From contig OZ024744.1 in NCBI GenBank assembly GCA_964016885.1, positions 51,894,001 to 51,958,000 on the forward strand: a stretch of 64,000 bases of DNA. Direction: 5' to 3'. The stretch's first letter is position 1. Each line of letters starts with the position of its first letter. Source of the stretch: Eledone cirrhosa (Eukaryota). A model generated the notes under the pieces. The model was not told the DNA's origin. It did not search any database and worked only from the letters and a program-made list of their open reading frames with translations. The translations under genes were made by a program, and so were the position numbers. Of this stretch, positions 60,375 to 64,000 are shown piece by piece.

Positions 60375-63300
60375 GTTTAGATAAAGAGATAGCCATGATC
60401 TGGTAGATGTTGTCAGTTTAGATAAAGAGATAGCCATGATCTGGTAGATGTTACCAGTTTAGATAAAGAGATAGCCATGATCTGGTCGATGTTGTCAGTT
60501 TCGATAAAGAGATAGCCATGATCTGGTAGATGTTGCCAGTTTAGATAAAGAGATAGCCATGATCTGGTAGATGTTACCAGTTTAGATAAGGAGATAGCCA
60601 TGATCTGGTAGATATTAGAGTTTCGATAAAGAGATAGCCATGATCTGTTAGATGTATGGGTTTAGATAAAGAGATAGCCCTGATCTGGTAGATTTTGTCA
60701 GTTTAGATAAAGAGATAGCCCTGATCTGGTAGATGTTGTCAGTTTAAATAAAGAGATAGCCATGATCTGGTAGATGTTAGGGTTTAGATAAAGTGATAGC
60801 CATGATCTGGTAGATGTTGCCAGTTTAGATAAAGGGATAGCCATGATCTGGTAGATGTTATGGTTAGATAAAGAGATAGCCATGTCTGGTAGATGTTGCC
60901 AGTTTAGATAAAGAGATAGCCATGATTTGGTAGATGTTAGGGTTTAGACAGAGAAAGCCATGATCTGGTAGATGTTGCCAGTTTAGATAAAGAGATAGCC
61001 ATGATCTCGTAGATGCTAGGGTTTAGATAAAGAGATAGCCATGATCTGGTAGATATTCGGGTTTAGATAAAGAGATAGCCATGATCTGGTAAATGCTGGT
61101 GTTTAGATAAAGAGATAGCAATGATCTGGTATATGTTACCAGTTTAGATAAAGAGATAGCCACGATCTGGTAGATGCTAGAGTTTAGATAAAGAGATAGT
61201 CATGATCTGGTAGATGTTACCAATTTAGATAAAGTGGGAGCCATGATCTGGTAGATGTTAGGGTTTAGATAAAAAGATACCATGATCTGGTAGATGTTAG
61301 TGTTTAGATAAAGAGATAGCCATGATCTGGTAGATGTTAGGGTATAGATAAAGAGATAGCCATGATCTGGTAGATGTTAGGGTTTAGATAAAGAGATAAC
61401 CCTGATCTGGTAGATGTTATCGGTTGAGATAAAGAGATAGCCATGATCTGGTAGATGTTAGTATTTACATAAAGAGATAGCCATGATCTGGTAGATGTTA
61501 GTGTTTAGATAAAGAGATAGCCATGATCTGGTAGATGTTAGGGTTTACATAAAGAGATAGCCATGATCTGGCAGATGTTAGTGTTTATACAAAAATATAG
61601 CCATGTCTGGTACATGTTGTCAGTTTAGATAAAGAGATAGCCATGATCTGGTAGATATTAGTGGTTAGATAAAGAGATAGCCATAATCTGGTAGATGTTA
61701 GGGTTTAGATAAAGAGATAGCCATGATCTGGTAGATGTTAGAGTTTAGACAGAGAGATAGCTATGATCTGGTAGATGTTGTCAGTTTAGATAAAGAGATA
61801 GCCATGATCTGGTAGATGTTACCAGTTTAGATAAAGAGAGCACCATGATCTGGTAGATATTACCAGTTTAGATAAAGTGTTAGCCATGATCTGGTAGATG
61901 TTAGGGTTTAGATAAAGCGATAGCCATGATCTGGTAGATATTATCGTTGGGATAAAGAGATAGCCCTGATCTGGTAGATGTTACCAATTTAGATAAAGAG
62001 CTAGTCATGATCTGGTAGATGTTAGTGTTTAGATAAAGAGATTGCCATGTCTGGTAGATGTTGTCAGTTTAGAGAAAGAGATAGCCATGATCTGGTAGAT
62101 GTTTGGGTTTAGATAAAGAGATAGCCATGATCTGGTAGATGTTAGGGCTTAGACAAAGAGATAGCCATGATCTGGTAGATGTTACCAGTTTAGATAAAGA
62201 GAGAGCCATGATCGGGTAGACGTTAGGGTGGAGACAGAGAGATAACCATGATCTGGTAGATTTTACCTGTTTAGATATAGAGGAGACATGATCAGGTAGA
62301 TGTTACCAGTTTAGATAAAGAGAGAGCCATGATCTGGTAGATGTTACCAGTTTAGATAAAGAGATAGCCATGATCTGGTAGATGTTACCAGTTTAGATAA
62401 AGAGAGAGCCATGATCAGGTAGATGTTACCAGTTTAGATAAAGAGAGAGCCATGATCTGGTAGATGTTACCAGTTTAGATAAAGAGATAGCCATGATCTG
62501 GTAGATGTTACCAGTTTAGATAAAGAGATAGCCATGATCTGGTAGATGTTACCAGTTTAGATAAAGAGATAGCCATGATCTGGTAGATGTTACCAGTATA
62601 GATAAAGAGATAGCCATGATCTGATAGATGCTATTGTTTAGATAAAGAGATAGCTATGATCTGGTAGATGTACTAGTTTAGATAAAGAGATAGCCATGAT
62701 CTGGAAGATGTTAGGGTTTAGATAAAGCGGTAGCCATGATCTGGTAGATAATAAGGTTTAGATAAAGAGATAGCCATGATCTGGTAGTTGTTCCCAGTTT
62801 AGATATAGAGAGAGCCATGATCAGGTAGATGTTAGGGTTTAGATAACGAGATAGCCATGATCTGGTAGATGTTACCATTTTAGATAAAGAGAGAGCCATG
62901 ATCTGGTAGATGTTACCAGGTTAGATAAAGTGAGAGCCATGATCTGGTAGATGTTACCAGTCTAGATAAAGAGATAGCCATGATCTGGTAGATTTTACCA
63001 GTTTAGATAAAGAGATAGCAATGATCTGGTAGATATTACCAGTTTAGATGAAGTGTTAGCCATGATCTGGTAGATGTTGTCAGTTTCGATAAAGAGATAG
63101 CCATGACCTGGTAGATGTTTCCAGTTTAGATAAAGAGATAGCCATGATCTGGTAGATGTTAGTATTTACATAAAGAGATAGCCATGATCTGGTAGATATT
63201 AGTGTTTAGATAAAGAGATAGCCATGATCTGGTAGATGTTAGGGTTTAGATAAAGAGATAGCCATAATCTGGTAGATGTTAGGGTTTACATAAAGAGATA

Positions 63301-64000
63301 ACCATGATATGGTAGATGTTAGTGTTTAGACAAGAATATAGCCATGTCTGGTACATGTTGTCAGTTTAGATAAAGAGATAGCCATGATCTGGTAGATGTT
63401 AGTGTTTAAATAAAGAGATAGCCATGATCTGGTAGATGTTCTGGTTAGATAAAGAGATAGCCATGTCTGGTAGATGTTGCCAGTTTAGATAAAGAGATAG
63501 CCATGATCTGGTAGATGCTAGGCTTTAGATAAAGAGATAGCCATGAACTGGTAGATATTCGGGTTTAGATAAAGAGAGAGCCATGATCTGGTAAATGCTG
63601 GTGTTTAGATAAAGAGATATCAATTATCTGGTATATGTTACCAGTTTAGATAAAGAGATAGCCATGATCTGGTAGATATTATCGTTCGTTTAGATAAAGA
63701 GATAGCCCTGATCTGGTAGATGTTACCAATTTATATAAAGAGGGAGTCATGATCTGGTAGATGTTAGTGATTAGATAAAGTGATTGCCATGTCTGGTAGA
63801 TGTTGTCGGTTTAGATAAAGAGATAGCAATGAATCTGGTAGATGTTCGGGTTTAGATAAAGAGATAGCCATGATCTGGTAGATGTTAATGTTTAGATAAA
63901 GAGATAGTCATGATCTGGTAGACGTTAGGGTGTAGACAAAGAGATAGCCATGATCTGTTAGATGTTATATGTTTAGATATAGAGAGAGCCATTATCAGGT
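60375..64000. repeat. 40/41-bp satellite, ~89 units, runs off the window
   Basis: GTTTAGATAAAGAGATAGCCATGATCTGGTAGATGTT plus a variable 3-4 nt segment (ACCA/GTCA/GCCA/AGG/AGT). Confidence 0.98.

Noticed and set aside
60375-64000. CRISPR-like array (37-nt repeat starting GTTT)
   Set aside because: The variable part is only 3-4 nt and recurrent; no unique spacers, no cas genes, animal context. It is a satellite.

Overview
AT-rich, microsatellite-saturated animal DNA. The SINE families look like octopus/coleoid cephalopod ones (inference from recognition, not a search). There is one 200-N assembly gap (43245-43444) and no host gene I can identify with confidence. The window is mostly mobile DNA: (1) an intact ~6 kb Tx1/L1-clade LINE (14089-20103, minus; ORF1 with CCHC knuckle, 1139-aa EN-RT-Zn ORF2); (2) a decayed Tx1 relative; (3) a near-complete but decayed R4/Dong RLE-type element flanked by (CATA)n, plus three fragments; (4) a decayed CR1-like LINE; (5) Penelope-like elements, and four hammerhead-ribozyme motifs; (6) RTE, Helitron and hAT relics; (7) two tRNA-derived SINE families; (8) satellites with 11, 31, 40/41, 52 and 56 bp units. 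Main leads: a predicted 53-nt intron that would fuse Tx1 ORF1 to ORF2 in frame; a same-strand chain of (ATT)n-tailed elements apparently inserting into each other's tails; a 3'-end motif shared by the Tx1 LINEs and the Meta-domain SINE; and possible (CATA)n targeting by the R4/Dong family. Most long ORFs in the supplied track are simple-repeat artefacts.
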